From Rhizodiscina lignyota (lineage: Eukaryota), in NCBI GenBank assembly GCA_010015805.1, contig ML978129.1, positions 992,001-1,056,000 on the forward strand: a stretch of 64,000 nucleotides of DNA, given 5' to 3'. The first letter of the stretch is position 1, and every line of letters starts with the position of its first letter. A program made the translations under genes and the position numbers. The notes below the pieces were generated by a model. That model did no database searches. It saw only the letters and a program-made list of their open reading frames with translations, and had not been told where the DNA came from. Below, one piece after another: positions 36,470 through 48,965 of this stretch.

Positions 36470-39413
36470 ATGGCAACCCAACAGCACCCTTCGCCAGCTA
36501 TTGCTGCGCATCCACATCCTCCACCAGTCCACCAGCCTAATGGCCATATGCCTGTTTCTATTCCTCCACAGAAACCAATGGCTCAGGCCTTGTCGCAGGC
36601 GAATGCGAGTACATGGCTGCATATCGGTAAGGACTGAACATCCGTATCAAGACCGACTTGAACCATTCTGACTCCTCTCAGCTTCCCTCTCCCAGACTCT
36701 CGGCGATACTGATGGCGCTATTCAAGCATACGAGCAAGTCTTACGGCACGACGCGTGGTCTGTTCAAGCAATGAACGGCATCGCCGACATTTTGCGTGAT
36801 CGTGACCAATATCAGCTTGCGATCGACTACCTTCGAACAATCCTGAAGGTAGACCAGGGTAATGGCGAAGTGTGGAGTCACTTGGGTTAGTAGAGGTAGC
36901 TTGATTGCCATTGCTGTCGCTAACACCCTTAATAGGTCACTGCCACCTCATGATGGACAATCTTCAAGAGGCGTACACAGCTTATCAGCAAGCTTTGTAC
37001 CATTTGCAGGACCCCAAGGTATGTTATTCAAGTAATTATTTTGAGACCTATACTGATGTCGCCATTAAGGAACCGAAGCTGTGGTACGGCATCGGCATAC
37101 TCTACGATCGCTATGGATCGCTGGAGCATGCAGAAGAAGCCTTCTCTCAAGTAATGACAATGGAACCACGCTTTGAGAAAGCTAATGAGATCTATTTCCG
37201 CCTCGGAATAATATACAAGCAACAACAAAAGTTTTCTCAGAGCTTGGATGTAAGAATTCCACCAACATCTTTCTCTTAGCGTAGCGACTAATTATATATC
37301 CAGTGCTTCAAATACATCGTCAATGATCCGCCAAGGCCACTGACACAAGAGGACATTTGGTTCCAAATCGGCCACGTTCATGAACAGCAGAAAGATGTAT
37401 GATTATTTTATCCTCCCTTCTTCGTATTTGTCTGACAATAATTTAGTACGACGCCGCCAAGAACGCGTATCGGCGCGTCCTTGATCGCGAACCAAACCAC
37501 GCAAAGGTCCTGCAACAGCTCGGTTGGCTTTATCACCAACAGAGTAGTAGTTTCCAGAGCCAAGAACAAGCCATAGAGTTCCTCGAAAAATCCGTGGCTT
37601 CTGGTACGTCGCTCAGCTCGCTTCCACAAAAAGATGATGTGGTTAGGCTAACTGCATGATCCCAGACCAGACCGATGCACAAAGCTGGTACCTACTCGGC
37701 CGCTGCTACATGTCACAGCAGAAATACCCGAAGGCGTACGAGGCTTACCAGCAAGCTGTTTACCGTGACGGGCGCAACCCCACATTCTGGTGCTCCATTG
37801 GTGTTCTGTACTACCAAATCAACCAATATCGTGATGCGCTAGATGCTTATTCTCGTGCTATTCGCCTGAATCCCAACATCTCCGAGGTTTGGTACGACCT
37901 TGGGACTTTGGTAAGCCTCCATTCGACTCTTAAGGATCTAAGGACATACTAATTTCATCAGTACGAGTCTTGCAACAATCAAACTGCAGATGCGCTGGAC
38001 GCGTACCAGCGCGCTGCCGACCTTGACCCGACAAATGTCCATATTAAGGCACGTCTTCAGCTGCTCCAGAGCGGCCAACCCACGACTGGCATGCCAAACC
38101 AGAACAGTGCCCCTCTGCCGCAAGACGTTCACCCTCAGGCATATCAGCCTGCCGCCGTCAATGGCCCGCCTGGCCCACAGTGGGGTGCTGCTCCTCCACA
38201 TGCTCAGCAAGGCCCTCCAAGCAATCCATTCGATTATGACCGAAACAGAATGGCTGCTATGCAACCCGGCCAGGCCGGTCCGCCTGTGCCCGGGGGTCAA
38301 CTCCCACCCTATGATCACCGCGACGGTCCCCGACAGGGCGTACCTCCACCTCCACGCCCCGGCAGCCCAAGGCAAGAGCCGATGAGGTATCAAGACCCGC
38401 CCCGATCCCAACCGACGCCGAGGCGTGGCTCTCCTTCACCACGCACCCATAGCGCAGCTCCCAGCATGTATCAGGGCCCCCCGCCACCACCTCAACCTTC
38501 ACAGCAGCCTCCGCACCAACAGCCTTCGCATCAACAGCCCCCGCACCGTATCACCAACCCTAATTACGGACCTCATGCGCCGGCTCCTCCTGCTGTCGTC
38601 AATGGACCCTCTGGCCAAGCACCTTATGGCCGGATGACCAGCCCCGGACCCGAACCGCGTGCAATTCCAGAGGTTCGTCCGCTTGTAGAGAATCGACCGC
38701 CTTCTGCTGGCGCTCAGTATGCTCCTCAATCTTATCAGCACCATGCGAATCCCTCTGTACCAGGCGGCATTGCTGGTGGCGCTCCTGCACCTGCGGCGGC
38801 TCTTGCTGCTGCCGAAGCCGCACAGCGTGAGCGTGAGGAGCGCACTCCTTCCGCGGCGCCAAAGCGTAGCTACAGGGAATGGGAGGAGGGCAACGGCGCC
38901 GATCAGAAGCCCCCATCTGGCGACGAGAAACGCCCTCGTCTTGATGACCATGTTCGCCGTTCTTCGCCAGGCGACCGTCCTCGTTCTCCTGGTCGCCGCT
39001 TTTCTCCTGCACCGGAGCCTCGCCATCTGGAAGAACAGCGCCGCTTGAATGATGGCTACCACCCTTCCGACGCTGCGCATCACCCTCCCTCCCTGCCAGG
39101 TATGCATCAAGGTGGCCCTCAAGGCCCTCCACAGCAGCTGCCGAACATCCATGATACGGTGAAGGACGAGCGCAAGGACGTCGGTCCACCACCACCGCAG
39201 TCCACATCAGTGCCACCTCAGTCGACACCACAGCCTCCGCCACCACCACAGCAGCATCACGAAGCAGCTGCAAGGAAGATGGACGTCGACGAAGATTACG
39301 ATGACGAGGGTGAAGATGATAAGCGCATAGCAGCCCCGCGAGTGGGATCAGAGAAGAATAGTCCGAGAAGCGGTGCACCGATCGCGGTCACTGCAGAGCC
39401 CACCAAGGCATAA
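36470..39413 (+). CDS. SSN6: General transcriptional corepressor Ssn6/Cyc8 (TPR protein)
   Basis: ATG at 36470; multi-exon TPR array (EPKLWYGIGILYDRYGSL, AYQQAVYRDGRNPTFWCSIGVLYYQINQYRDALDAY); P/Q-rich tail with RKMDVDEDYDD. Confidence 0.95.
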
Positions 39414-39943
39414 GAGTGGTTTTCAGCAATTCGGCCAGAACAAACAATCAGGAAAAAAAGTAATGTTTTATTTGGTGCACTGGCGCGGCTTTCCACTTCG
39501 GTTCAACTTCCAACGTTCGTGTCAGGATTACCACTTTTCTACATAACTCTTGTCGAAAGGTGCTCTTTCCACTTTTACGGCATCCTACTTCTGGTTGTTC
39601 TGCGAGTTTTGATCTTTGAGATCCACATGTCAATAACGACTTCCTTCAAGGGATACCTGGCAGTCATAGTGTCTTTAAGGCAGTTTTCTTCACGGATACC
39701 CTGAAGATTGAATGATGGGGGAGGTTACAGGAGTACTGGAAGGTTTCCTTTGTGGTAATGGCACTTTTATTATTATTTTCCTTTGTTCTTGCTTGTTTTG
39801 CAATGTTTCTTGTTTCGGGGGGAATTGGGGAATGTGCACTGTGGATGGAGGATTCTTTTCCAGTAGTACAACAATGAATTGACTTCCATGTTCACTTAAG
39901 AATCTTTGCCACTACATGTGGAGACTTTGGCGATTCCGCCTAT

Positions 39944-40381
39944 TCACTTGCGCCCCTTTGGTTTCCCTTTCGCAGCCCCACTTGTGCCTCTCCCTTCCGT
40001 TGCTCTCGTCTGGTCCACATACGATCGGAGCAGTGACTCTAGGCCCTCGTTCCTTCTTGCGAGCAATAGCACGTCATCGGTCTGGATTGTGCTCCGCCCA
40101 GCGTGCTTTGCAAAGTTCTCGAGATCCTTCCCAGCCGAAGCTATCTGTGCCCACACTAGCTCTGTCAAGGCGCCGATAAACTGCGGTGTTGCGTTGTGGA
40201 CGCTGCCAGACAGCGAGAGTGAGTTTAGCGTTTCGTGGTCGACGACCTGCCCGATGGAGTACCATAGAGCGGATTTGAGCCGCTGGGAATGACATTAGCT
40301 TTTTCAAAGTAACTATGTTTAATGTTGTTGATGTACTTCTTCTCTTTGCTCGGCGTCGTCCATGTCGGTTGTTGGTGCCAT
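39944..40381 (-). CDS. MHF1: CENP-S / MHF1 histone-fold protein
   Basis: Intron 40283-40336; RLKSALWYSIG, ATPQFIGALTELVW, DLENFAKHAGRSTIQTDDVLLLARRN. Confidence 0.93.
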
Positions 40382-40518
40382 TGGTGCGTTGCGTCGTGAG
40401 GCACTTAAATGCTTGTGCGAGCTAAAGTAGACAATATTCACATCGTGTTTGAACTGTCTCCAGCATCAATTGTAGAGCACTGAATCGATTGTTACCGCGT
40501 CCTTTACCTTGATGGGAG

Positions 40519-40540
40519 ACGCGTCTGACGCGAGCGCGTT
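40519..40540. promoter_or_regulatory. Cluster of MCB-like (ACGCG) cell-cycle elements
   Basis: ACGCGT at 40519, ACGCGA at 40528 and CGCGTT at 40535, about 140 bp upstream of MHF1. Confidence 0.55.
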
Positions 40541-40812
40541 CTGCCGGGCGGTATGGCATTATTAGCAGAGGGGCATATCAAACAGTTGAAACTTGAAGAG
40601 GCACGCGCCATTTTAATTAATTCGCGCACATGGGTCAGATCATTGTATAAGTATCCTAACCATCATGTCTTGCGATCTTAGTCTTCCATAAGCCATACAC
40701 CATTTTGCACCGACACCCATCGTGCTGCCAACAGCGCTCGCGACTGCACCATCAACCAGAAACCTCCGAAGCCATCTCCGCATTATCCCAACATTCGCAG
40801 CCATCTCGTCCA

Positions 40813-41298
40813 ATGGCTTCAAATAACTCACAAAACTCTACGCCCCAGAGTATTGACGATGTCCTCAATCTCCTCTCCCTCTGGGCAGGGAATTTCCACC
40901 GCAACACCACCAAAGCGTTCGCCGACCTTCGCCCGAAAGACTACATCCGCCTCGTCATCATCATTGGCGCATACTGCCTTCTCCGACCGTATCTAATGAA
41001 GCTGGGCGCGAAGCTGCAAGCGCGAGGTTACGAAAGAGAAGATAGAGCAGCCCAAGAGGAGGCCGAGAAGACGCGTCTGAACGGCAACGACCTCCGAGGT
41101 ACGCGCATAGCGCTGCCTGGGATAGAGTCGGATGATGAGGAAGACGAGGACGAGGCTGAAGCGAGTAGCTGGGGAAGGAAGGCGAAGTTGCGGCAGAGAA
41201 AGATGATTCGCAAGAAGCTGGAAGAGCAAGAGGAGCGGTTGAGAAGTATGCAGGAGGAGGAGAGCGATCAAGATATTGCGGATTTGTTGGAGGATTGA
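40813..41298 (+). CDS. PGA2: Pga2-like protein-trafficking protein
   Basis: DYIRLVIIIGAYCLLRPYL transmembrane motif, WGRKAKLRQRK, acidic C-terminus SDQDIADLLED; ATG at 40813. Confidence 0.8.
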   Translation: MASNNSQNSTPQSIDDVLNLLSLWAGNFHRNTTKAFADLRPKDYIRLVIIIGAYCLLRPYLMKLGAKLQARGYEREDRAAQEEAEKTRLNGNDLRGTRIALPGIESDDEEDEDEAEASSWGRKAKLRQRKMIRKKLEEQEERLRSMQEEESDQDIADLLED

Positions 41299-41964
41299 GG
41301 ACACTCTATGGTATTGATGTGGACTTTACGCTTCGTTCTGCATATTTCTGGCGCTGGAAGAGATGGATACTGCATGGGCGACTGAGGTTCGAATTTCGAA
41401 CCCCAACGGCACAGATCATGGGCCGTCTATTAAAGCATCACCACCGAATCATATATTGCTACTTTCAAGGTCCATCAGTCTTCTTGCTAAAATTTCTTTT
41501 CTCGTCGCGAATCGTCCTTGTGGCTTGTCTCCAGTTCTCACTGTGGTCTGGAATGTACCGCGCCTCAACGCGAGGTGCCCAAGAATGTGGCAGTACAGTT
41601 GCCCGGGCACACGACCAGATGCAACTGAGAGAGTCATATGGTAGTAATGTTGATGATCCGGATCTTGTCCTTCACTCGAATCTACTGCAATTTCCCACAG
41701 AAACCCACAGCCACCAAGATTTGACCAGGCCACATTACGCTCGCTACTCAAATCACTACTTCAGACACGAGACGCGCTCCACCACGCCAAAGGGACCGAC
41801 CCGCGTTTCAGCGCGTATAGAAGGAGGCTGGGACAAAGACTCCTTGCGTGCCATTCGACCTTTACAACCCTAACCTCCCCCAATCTTAACCCCTATCCCA
41901 TCTCTCTCCTCCCCAAACTGTACATTCACTCGCTGATTCAACCACGCTCTTTTCTACAGAAACC

Positions 41965-43626
41965 ATGAAAGCACGACGACGCAACGCACTCGCTTATCCG
42001 GTATCACTATGCTGTACCATCCTGTCTTTACCATATCTCGCATCCGCTCACATGAAGATGAGCTATCCACCGCCGCTGGGCGACCCGTCTATCACGGATT
42101 CAGCAAACGCAGACTACGACGAGACGTCGCCCTTGAGCCCCGATGGCTCAGACTATCCGTGCAAAGGCTTCACCAATAGTCCATTCGTCTCTCAAGCCAC
42201 GTACAGCGCCGGCCAGACGTACAACATGACCATCGCAGGCAGCGCGTCGCACGACGGAGGGTCATGCCAACTCTCGCTGTCGTACGACGAGACTGGGTTC
42301 AAAGTGATCAAGAGCATGATCGGCGGGTGTCCGCTGCAGACCACGTACGACTTCACCATCCCGCCGGACGCGCCGAGCGGCAACGCGCTGTTCGCGTGGA
42401 CGTGGGAGAACAAGGTCGGCAACCGCGAGTTCTACATGAACTGCGCGCAGGTCACGATCGAAGGGCCCGGCGACGACACGAGCAACGCGCTGAGCGAGCT
42501 GCCGAATATCTGGGTTGCGAATATCGAGAGCGTGAACACCTGCACGACGACGGAGGGCGTCGATCCTATGTATCCTCATCCCGGCTGCGACGTCGAGTAC
42601 GCCGACGGTATGAGCGCAAGCTCGCCTGCTAGCCCCGGGGACTGTGATGGTGGCTCTTCCCAACCTACATGTCCAGCCGGTGGTTATTCACCAGATGGTT
42701 CTTCGCCAGACGGTTCTTCGCCAGACGGTTCTTCACCTGGTGGTGTCTTCGCAGAGGGCAGCGATCCTACGTCCGATCCGCCCGCGCCACCTCTTTCAGC
42801 AGCAATCGACAACATCATCCAGGCCAATCTTGCTACGCCTGCTGCAGGTGGCCCAGGCGACATGGGCATGAACATGGCAGAAATGCCTCTGACTGCGATC
42901 CCAATATCCAGCGCCAGCCTCATGCACCTCACCACAATCACGGACTTCTATCCCACGCCGCACCCAACAAGAGCAGCAGGAGCAGCGCCCCAGCTCTTCG
43001 CCCTCCCACCACCGCCGGCACACCCAACGCGCTGCTCTATGCTTCCGGACGTCACTGTGACTGTGACGTATCCAAGGACTGTGACAATCACAGCGGCTCC
43101 AACGTCGATGGCGGGGCATATGTCCCGTCCGCCGCCAATGTCGAATCCAATGTCACACGCTGCAGGAACGAGGACCATGACGCGCTACCCACCACCCCCT
43201 TCCCCCGGTGGCAGCCACAATCCACCGCCTCCACCTCCTCCGGGCGGCTCTCATCGCCCTCCACCACCACCGCCACCTCCCCCTCCACAAAATTCACACC
43301 GTCCTCCTCCACCACCGCCCCCTCCCCCTCCTCCGCCACCACCACCGCCGCCGCCAAACAACCCACCTTACGCGGGCAACAATATCATGGCGTTCATGCC
43401 CTGCACGCCCGGCTACTTCCTCTGCTCCGATCCACAGACGTTCTGGACGTGCGATCAGACAACGAGTACTTCGCAGCGATGGGTGTGGCAGTATCCGCGC
43501 AAGGTGGCCGGAGGCATGATGTGCAAGCCGAACTTGGTGGCTTGCAGTGGGGGGTACTGTTCTACCGGTGGTGGGAGCGTGCCGAGGGGGTATACGAGGG
43601 AGGATCAGTATGTTGCTGCGACGTGA
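41965..43626 (+). CDS. Secreted AA11-type lytic polysaccharide monooxygenase with Pro-rich linker and C-terminal Cys-rich module
   Basis: Signal peptide ending ASA puts His at mature position 1 (codon 42049). DGSDYPCK, GSASHDGGSCQLS, VIKSMIGGCP and AWTWENKVGNREFYMNCA match AA11 motifs. Confidence 0.85.
   Translation: MKARRRNALAYPVSLCCTILSLPYLASAHMKMSYPPPLGDPSITDSANADYDETSPLSPDGSDYPCKGFTNSPFVSQATYSAGQTYNMTIAGSASHDGGSCQLSLSYDETGFKVIKSMIGGCPLQTTYDFTIPPDAPSGNALFAWTWENKVGNREFYMNCAQVTIEGPGDDTSNALSELPNIWVANIESVNTCTTTEGVDPMYPHPGCDVEYADGMSASSPASPGDCDGGSSQPTCPAGGYSPDGSSPDGSSPDGSSPGGVFAEGSDPTSDPPAPPLSAAIDNIIQANLATPAAGGPGDMGMNMAEMPLTAIPISSASLMHLTTITDFYPTPHPTRAAGAAPQLFALPPPPAHPTRCSMLPDVTVTVTYPRTVTITAAPTSMAGHMSRPPPMSNPMSHAAGTRTMTRYPPPPSPGGSHNPPPPPPPGGSHRPPPPPPPPPPQNSHRPPPPPPPPPPPPPPPPPPNNPPYAGNNIMAFMPCTPGYFLCSDPQTFWTCDQTTSTSQRWVWQYPRKVAGGMMCKPNLVACSGGYCSTGGGSVPRGYTREDQYVAAT
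42688..42744 (+). repeat. 15-bp coding tandem repeat (SPDGS x3 plus a partial copy)
   Basis: tcaccagatggttct tcgccagacggttct tcgccagacggttct tcacctggtggt. Confidence 0.9.
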
Positions 43627-44645
43627 TGGGTGGGAGGGATTGGGAGGAGTGTGCTATGGGATGAGACGTGAGCGGGACTGAGAGGGCGGAAATTTGCGGA
43701 ACGACGAAGTGGAAGTGGCGCGATAGGGGATGTTCTGGCATTTGATAATCCTGAGTAAGAAGGTTAGCATTGTTCGGCATATCGTTGACGTTTGGAAAAA
43801 GTCTGGGAAGATTAAGTTTGGTCTCTGGGTCGACGGTTTGGAAATGTGTAATGAGAACGCACATCTATGAATTTGGCATGTTTAAACGAGTATGCTGAAA
43901 TGATCATTTCACAAAAACAATATTGAAATACGTTCAGCATGATTGGATAGCCTACACCGTTACGATCTCTTCCTCTTTCGGGAATCGGGATACTTGGTAT
44001 ACCTAAATTGAGCTGGCCAATTCACCGGAGCAAAATTGCGACATCCAACATGGACACGTCATCTCACGTTCTTTTCGTCTCAAATGCCTAGCGGCTTGGT
44101 AAAGTAGATACGTATACGTCTTTACGGCTTGGATCTAGGCCGGTGGAGCCGGTGAAAAGGGTCGTCTAATTGACTCCACAGAACCACAAGAAAAATGCAT
44201 GGCAGAGAAGAGAGTGTAAAGGAGTGCTATACATCCGGCTTGGAACCGACAGTCGGAAGCTCCTGGCTAATTAATAGGAGCGCGGCGAATCTCGTCAGCA
44301 TACTGATATTGGCGAATTACCAGAAGCGGACAAGAGAAAAAAGGCCGCAGGCAGATGCCAATGCTTCCTCATACACCCACCGGATGGACAGGAGCGGGAG
44401 GAATTTCTCACAGAAACACATGTCATGAGATCGCCTTTCCAGTGTCTCGTGCATGTGGGTTCCGTAGCACTGGGCATGCCATGGCGCCAGAGAAATGCGC
44501 AGCACAGCAGCAAACAAACAAGCAAACGGCCGAAATGACGAATAGACACGGTCTGATTTGACGAGATACACGGGGTCTGCGCCGGCACCGCAATTGAAAA
44601 GGTGAAAAGTGCGTGTTCCATCTCCGCCGGCGGTGGCAGCGGGGG

Positions 44646-45295
44646 GCCAAGCTCGGAAACGGGTGGAGGACATCTCGGCGGGTTTTGCAGACGTCCATTG
44701 GCAGGCCGGCGGACTGGTCACACGCTCCGACAAAGGCGAAAGCGGCAAACGTAAGGGGAAGCCTCACGCTGCGGTCAGAAGGTGCAAACGCAAGGCAATG
44801 CTTGGCCGGCCTTGGCACGTTGGCGCGCACGGTGGGATTACGCGGGCCTCCGTTCGCCTGCCGGCCCCGTGAACGACGCGACTGCCAGGCAAGTCTCCGC
44901 TGAGCAGTCAAGAGCGTCAAGAGCGTCAGTCAAGACGAGGAGCGAGTGCCGAGCTGACGAGCCAGCGAACTGGCCGCGGTGCTTGGCGTTGAGGATGTGC
45001 TCGCACGAGAGCGGCAGGGGTGCTGGCTATTTGATATCTGGCGTCGGGGAGCGGAGAGGAGACTAGGATGCTCCACGGCAGCACTTCCAGAGCACACAGG
45101 CCTCTGAAACGGCTTGGGCTCGCTCGTCTGGCCAGTCGCCGGATGGCTAATTCCCGGGTGGGCGCGGCGGGCGCATCCTTGCATGGCTGGCGGGAGTGCG
45201 ATTGGTGCTGCCGCGCGAGTATACCTCCCCCCAAGTAACCCAACCCCCCTCTCTCACCTTGGCACGAAGGCAAGCCCGGCTCCTCGACGCTTGGC
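44646..45295. promoter_or_regulatory. Cluster of seven GCCARG (PacC/Rim101-type) sites
   Basis: GCCAAG 44646, CTTGGC 44801, CTTGGC 44811, GCCAGG 44884, CTTGGC 44982, CTTGGC 45258, CTTGGC 45290. Confidence 0.55.
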
Positions 45296-45484
45296 GATGG
45301 ACTGGCTAAGACGTCCAAGAAGTGAGAAAGTCATGGACTTATTGGCACAAGACTCCCTCTCGGCGCCTCCATTGTATATGGAGTGCCGCCGTCCGCCATG
45401 CCCGAGCCCTCCCCATATCCATCACCGCCCATCACGACCACAGCACTGCGGCGATAGGCGAGGCGAGCATCGCACATCGACAGC

Positions 45485-46491
45485 ATGGACGGGCCCGTGC
45501 GAGTGCCAGAGATGAGCGTTGCGCCGCACCACCACCCTCCGCACTATGCCATTGACACCAGAAGCCCATCCATCTTCACCACCACGCCGCTCTCGCCCGC
45601 CCGCACCCTCTCGCCAATTCTCCAGCGCGCTCAGCAGGAGCCAGTCTACTCGCCCGACCGAGCTTACTTCTCGCCGAGCCGGGATTCCTTCATATCGAAG
45701 CCCTCGGTATCGGAGGCCTCGCATGTGCCAAGCTCGCCCTCTTCTGCGTCTTTCAATTCAGAACAGCATAGCAGAGTACATTCAAACCATGCGGAATCGT
45801 CCCAGAGGACCAATGGCCACGATGGGCCCCACTCGAACGCCCACTCCCCGCGGAGGTCAAGAGACGTCGAGAAGAATGCTGGCTCCAGGTCCTCGAATCC
45901 TACGAGTTTACCGGGACCGTCGACGGTCATCTCAGAGGTCACGACGGTGACATATACCGGTGGGCCTGACCAGCGAGACGAAAGAAGAGAGCTGGAGTCA
46001 AAAGCTCTGAGAATTTTAGTACGATGCACAAAAGTTCCAATTGGCCCACGACGACCTTGGACTGACATATCTCACAGATCTACCTCGCCTTCTTCGCACC
46101 CATCATCTCCTTCCTCATCACCTGCTGGTCTACCGTCTGCCTCATCCTCTTCCTCCTCGCCCAGCCCCTCCGCTGCTTAATCAAGACTCGACCCACTCCA
46201 TCATCCGAATTAGCCACTCTCCTCTCCCCCGCATTGCGTCTTCAACTCCGTCTCATAACCTCCTCCGCCGAATCAGACACTTACAGCGCACCAATGCTGA
46301 TTGTAATTAACCTACTTTCACCATTTGTGGCCATTGGCGCCGCTCTCGCTGCGTGGACGGCGGCGTGGTTCTGGTTCTTCAGCGCCATTCTGGGTGATCC
46401 CGCGGGAAGAGATGGCCATAACGATGGCAAGACGGCGGTGTTGGGGGTGAGGAGTTGGTGGGAGAGATGGTTGTGCAGAGGACTGAGGTGA
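45485..46491 (+). CDS. Uncharacterised membrane protein with Ser/Pro-rich disordered N-terminus
   Basis: Intron 46019-46077 splices into IYLAFFAPIISFLITCWSTVCLILFLLAQPLR... A second hydrophobic hairpin (LLSPFVAIGAALAAWTAAWFWFFSAILGDP) follows; ends WWERWLCRGLR. Confidence 0.8.
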
Positions 46492-47963
46492 AGAGGTGAT
46501 ACTCAAGAATTCGCCCGAAACGGAAATTCTTAGTTCGCTCGCTCGCGAAACTCAACCTCCATCTCGTCTGGCCCGGTAGCCATCATCACCATCAATTCGG
46601 ATCAACATGTTCGGATCGAGCTCAGCGAAGATTCAAGCTCCAACAGCGGCGGCGCTGGACGAGGAACTACACAATCTCACAGCTGTAGTCGCGCTGACGG
46701 CGAATTGCTTCGTGGCTTACCACATCCACGCAATTTCGCCTTGGGCAGGATTTCGACTCATTTTGCTTAGTACATCTGGTCTACAGTATATCTAGCGTTG
46801 GCGTTGGGGTTCGAGCGTTCATATGGCGCGGAGTCTTGATTAGCGGCATTTGGCTATTCTGTACACTACGCCAATGCGTGTAGAGAGGTCTCGGCATCTT
46901 CTTTCAGCCTTCAGGGGGGCCTATGATAAAAGACCGAATTTCGGCGAGCTAACGGTAGCAATTCAAAGCTTTGACTCGTGACGTTTATTCGATCGCTCCT
47001 CATCTGTGTGACCATGTCCCACACTCCATGCAGCTACCTAAAGCACGCTTACCGTGCGGAACCCGTGTCTGACCTCTCGGAGGTGTGTGCGGAGCAACGA
47101 ATCTTAAGAGCGCGAAAGTGGTACAAAAGCCTCTCCTAGGAACAGCGACGCCGAATTGACTAACGGGTCCACATCGCACAAGACGCCAGAGATGCCGGAA
47201 TTGGCTCCTCAAACACCACAATCGAAAGACAACCAGAACCCCTCGTTGCATCCAGATGTCTTGTTTCTCGGCCTACGTTGCTTCGAGGACGAGAGGAATA
47301 GCTTGGGGGACTCGATCTCTAGGCATGCTTGATGCTACCAACAAACACATCGCCCAGGAGCGGCATTCACCACCTTCAGATCTCTTGAAAATGCAGAATT
47401 GAGCAAAGGAACAGGCACAATCCTCACACATACATGCCTACCTCGTTCCACCCTTGAACGTCAATATGCAACCCTCCAGCACACCTCTCTGCCCCTGCTT
47501 CTCTGCTTCTATCTATGCCAGCCCGATCGCGTTCTAGAACGACTGATTGATGCTGTCAATAATGAAGGCTGAGCCACAATGTCAAGAAGACAGAAGACGA
47601 GCAAGTCAATTAATCATAGATTTTGTGGCCATGGAGGCAAATCCCTTGAACAGGGCGTTACTATACCCGAACCTATCTTCATCGCACATTGGGCGATGAT
47701 GGAAGAATTGCTTGACTGAAAATCGGACTTGGATGTGCTCGGGCAACAATATGCTCCGAGCTAGCTAACAGCCCAGATGGATTTTGAAACCCGACAGTTC
47801 GAAATGAATATGACAGCTCTTGCCACTAACAGCTTCTATTCTGTCTCATTCAACGCCCTGAAGGTATTCCCAATGTGCAGAGATGCGTCGGCGAACACTC
47901 ACAGACGCTTGCAGTTCCACAATGTGCTCTCAAAAGAAGCACATCGGAAGTCTCGCCATCTCA

Positions 47964-48965
47964 TCATCTCCTCTCATAACTAGCTCTACCCCGTCTCTCC
48001 CCTAACCTTCTCCCATCGCGCTCCTTCCTGCCAACAGGCCGTCCATCCCGCCCAAACTCCGTCGGTAGCTCCCCGCGGTACTGCACATTGCGATCCCAGT
48101 CTCCAACATTCGCATACGGACTCCTCAGCCACGCGGCTAGCTCGTGCAGAAATAGTCTCGCATCCTCGCGCCCCAGAAACTCGGCCAGCATGTCTTCGGC
48201 CTGGCCCCCGCTGCCCTTGATGTCGACGGTCTTGAGGATCGCGATGATGTACTCTAGGAGGAATTCCGCATTGTTGGCACGTCTAGTGCGCCCGGACGAG
48301 GACGGGGAGCCCACATCGGAGGAAGCAGAGGCAGGATACAGGTAGCTGAAGACCCGTAATTCCCGTCTCATCCATGTTCGTGCGCGCGTCTGCAGCTCGG
48401 GCGAGGTAGCGAAGAGGTGCGGCGTGATGTTGCGGTAGCGAGACACGCGGTTGGAGCCGACATGGAGGGAGTAGAGATGCTGTCTGTAGACATGCCGCCG
48501 CTGGAGGATGGCGACGTCTTCTGTTGGTGCTGGAGGAGGCGGAGGAGGGCGCCGCCGCGCTCTTCGAATGTCCGCATACCGTGAGCGTCCTCGAGTCGGG
48601 AGATTTGCAAATCTTCCAGTAGCCTCTGTACTCTGGCTTGATGATGGCGAGGGCGGAGGTACGCGGTATCGCTTGAAATCATTCGGAGAGACCCAGTCGT
48701 ATTGGACCTCGGTGACGTCGACGTTGCAGAGCGGGCATTTCGGGCGCTCGTTCAGCCAGCTGGCCAGGCAGATGAAGTCGAAGGTGTAGTGGTTGCACGG
48801 AACAGTGATTGCTCGCTCCGTGATGGGCTGGAGGCAGATAACGCAGGCATCTTGAACGCCATCTTCATCGTGGTGGAGGGGTGGGATGGGCGTGGCGGGC
48901 GCGGTGGCGGGTCGCTTCTGCTTGGATTTGGATGGTTGAGGGGAAGACGGCGAACTGGAGGACAT
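47964..48965 (-). CDS. RING-finger E3 ubiquitin ligase (Topors-like C-terminal helical domain)
   Basis: CVIC..PCNHYTFDFICL..W...PKCPLC RING motif; WMRRELRVF and FLHELAAWLRSPY...WD. Confidence 0.85.
   Translation of the reverse strand: MSSSSPSSPQPSKSKQKRPATAPATPIPPLHHDEDGVQDACVICLQPITERAITVPCNHYTFDFICLASWLNERPKCPLCNVDVTEVQYDWVSPNDFKRYRVPPPSPSSSQSTEATGRFANLPTRGRSRYADIRRARRRPPPPPPAPTEDVAILQRRHVYRQHLYSLHVGSNRVSRYRNITPHLFATSPELQTRARTWMRRELRVFSYLYPASASSDVGSPSSSGRTRRANNAEFLLEYIIAILKTVDIKGSGGQAEDMLAEFLGREDARLFLHELAAWLRSPYANVGDWDRNVQYRGELPTEFGRDGRPVGRKERDGRRLGERRGRASYERR

Noticed and set aside
38499..39378. Long antisense ORFs over SSN6 (likewise the antisense ORF 49686-50708 and the same-strand alternate-frame ORF 42669-43664)
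   Set aside because: Shadow frames of GC-rich, low-complexity coding sequence.
44907..44935. GTCAAGAGC tandem duplication (and ATTGTGCGAGCATG twice at 51040-51071)
   Set aside because: Two-copy slippage-type micro-duplications with no spacers or associated genes.
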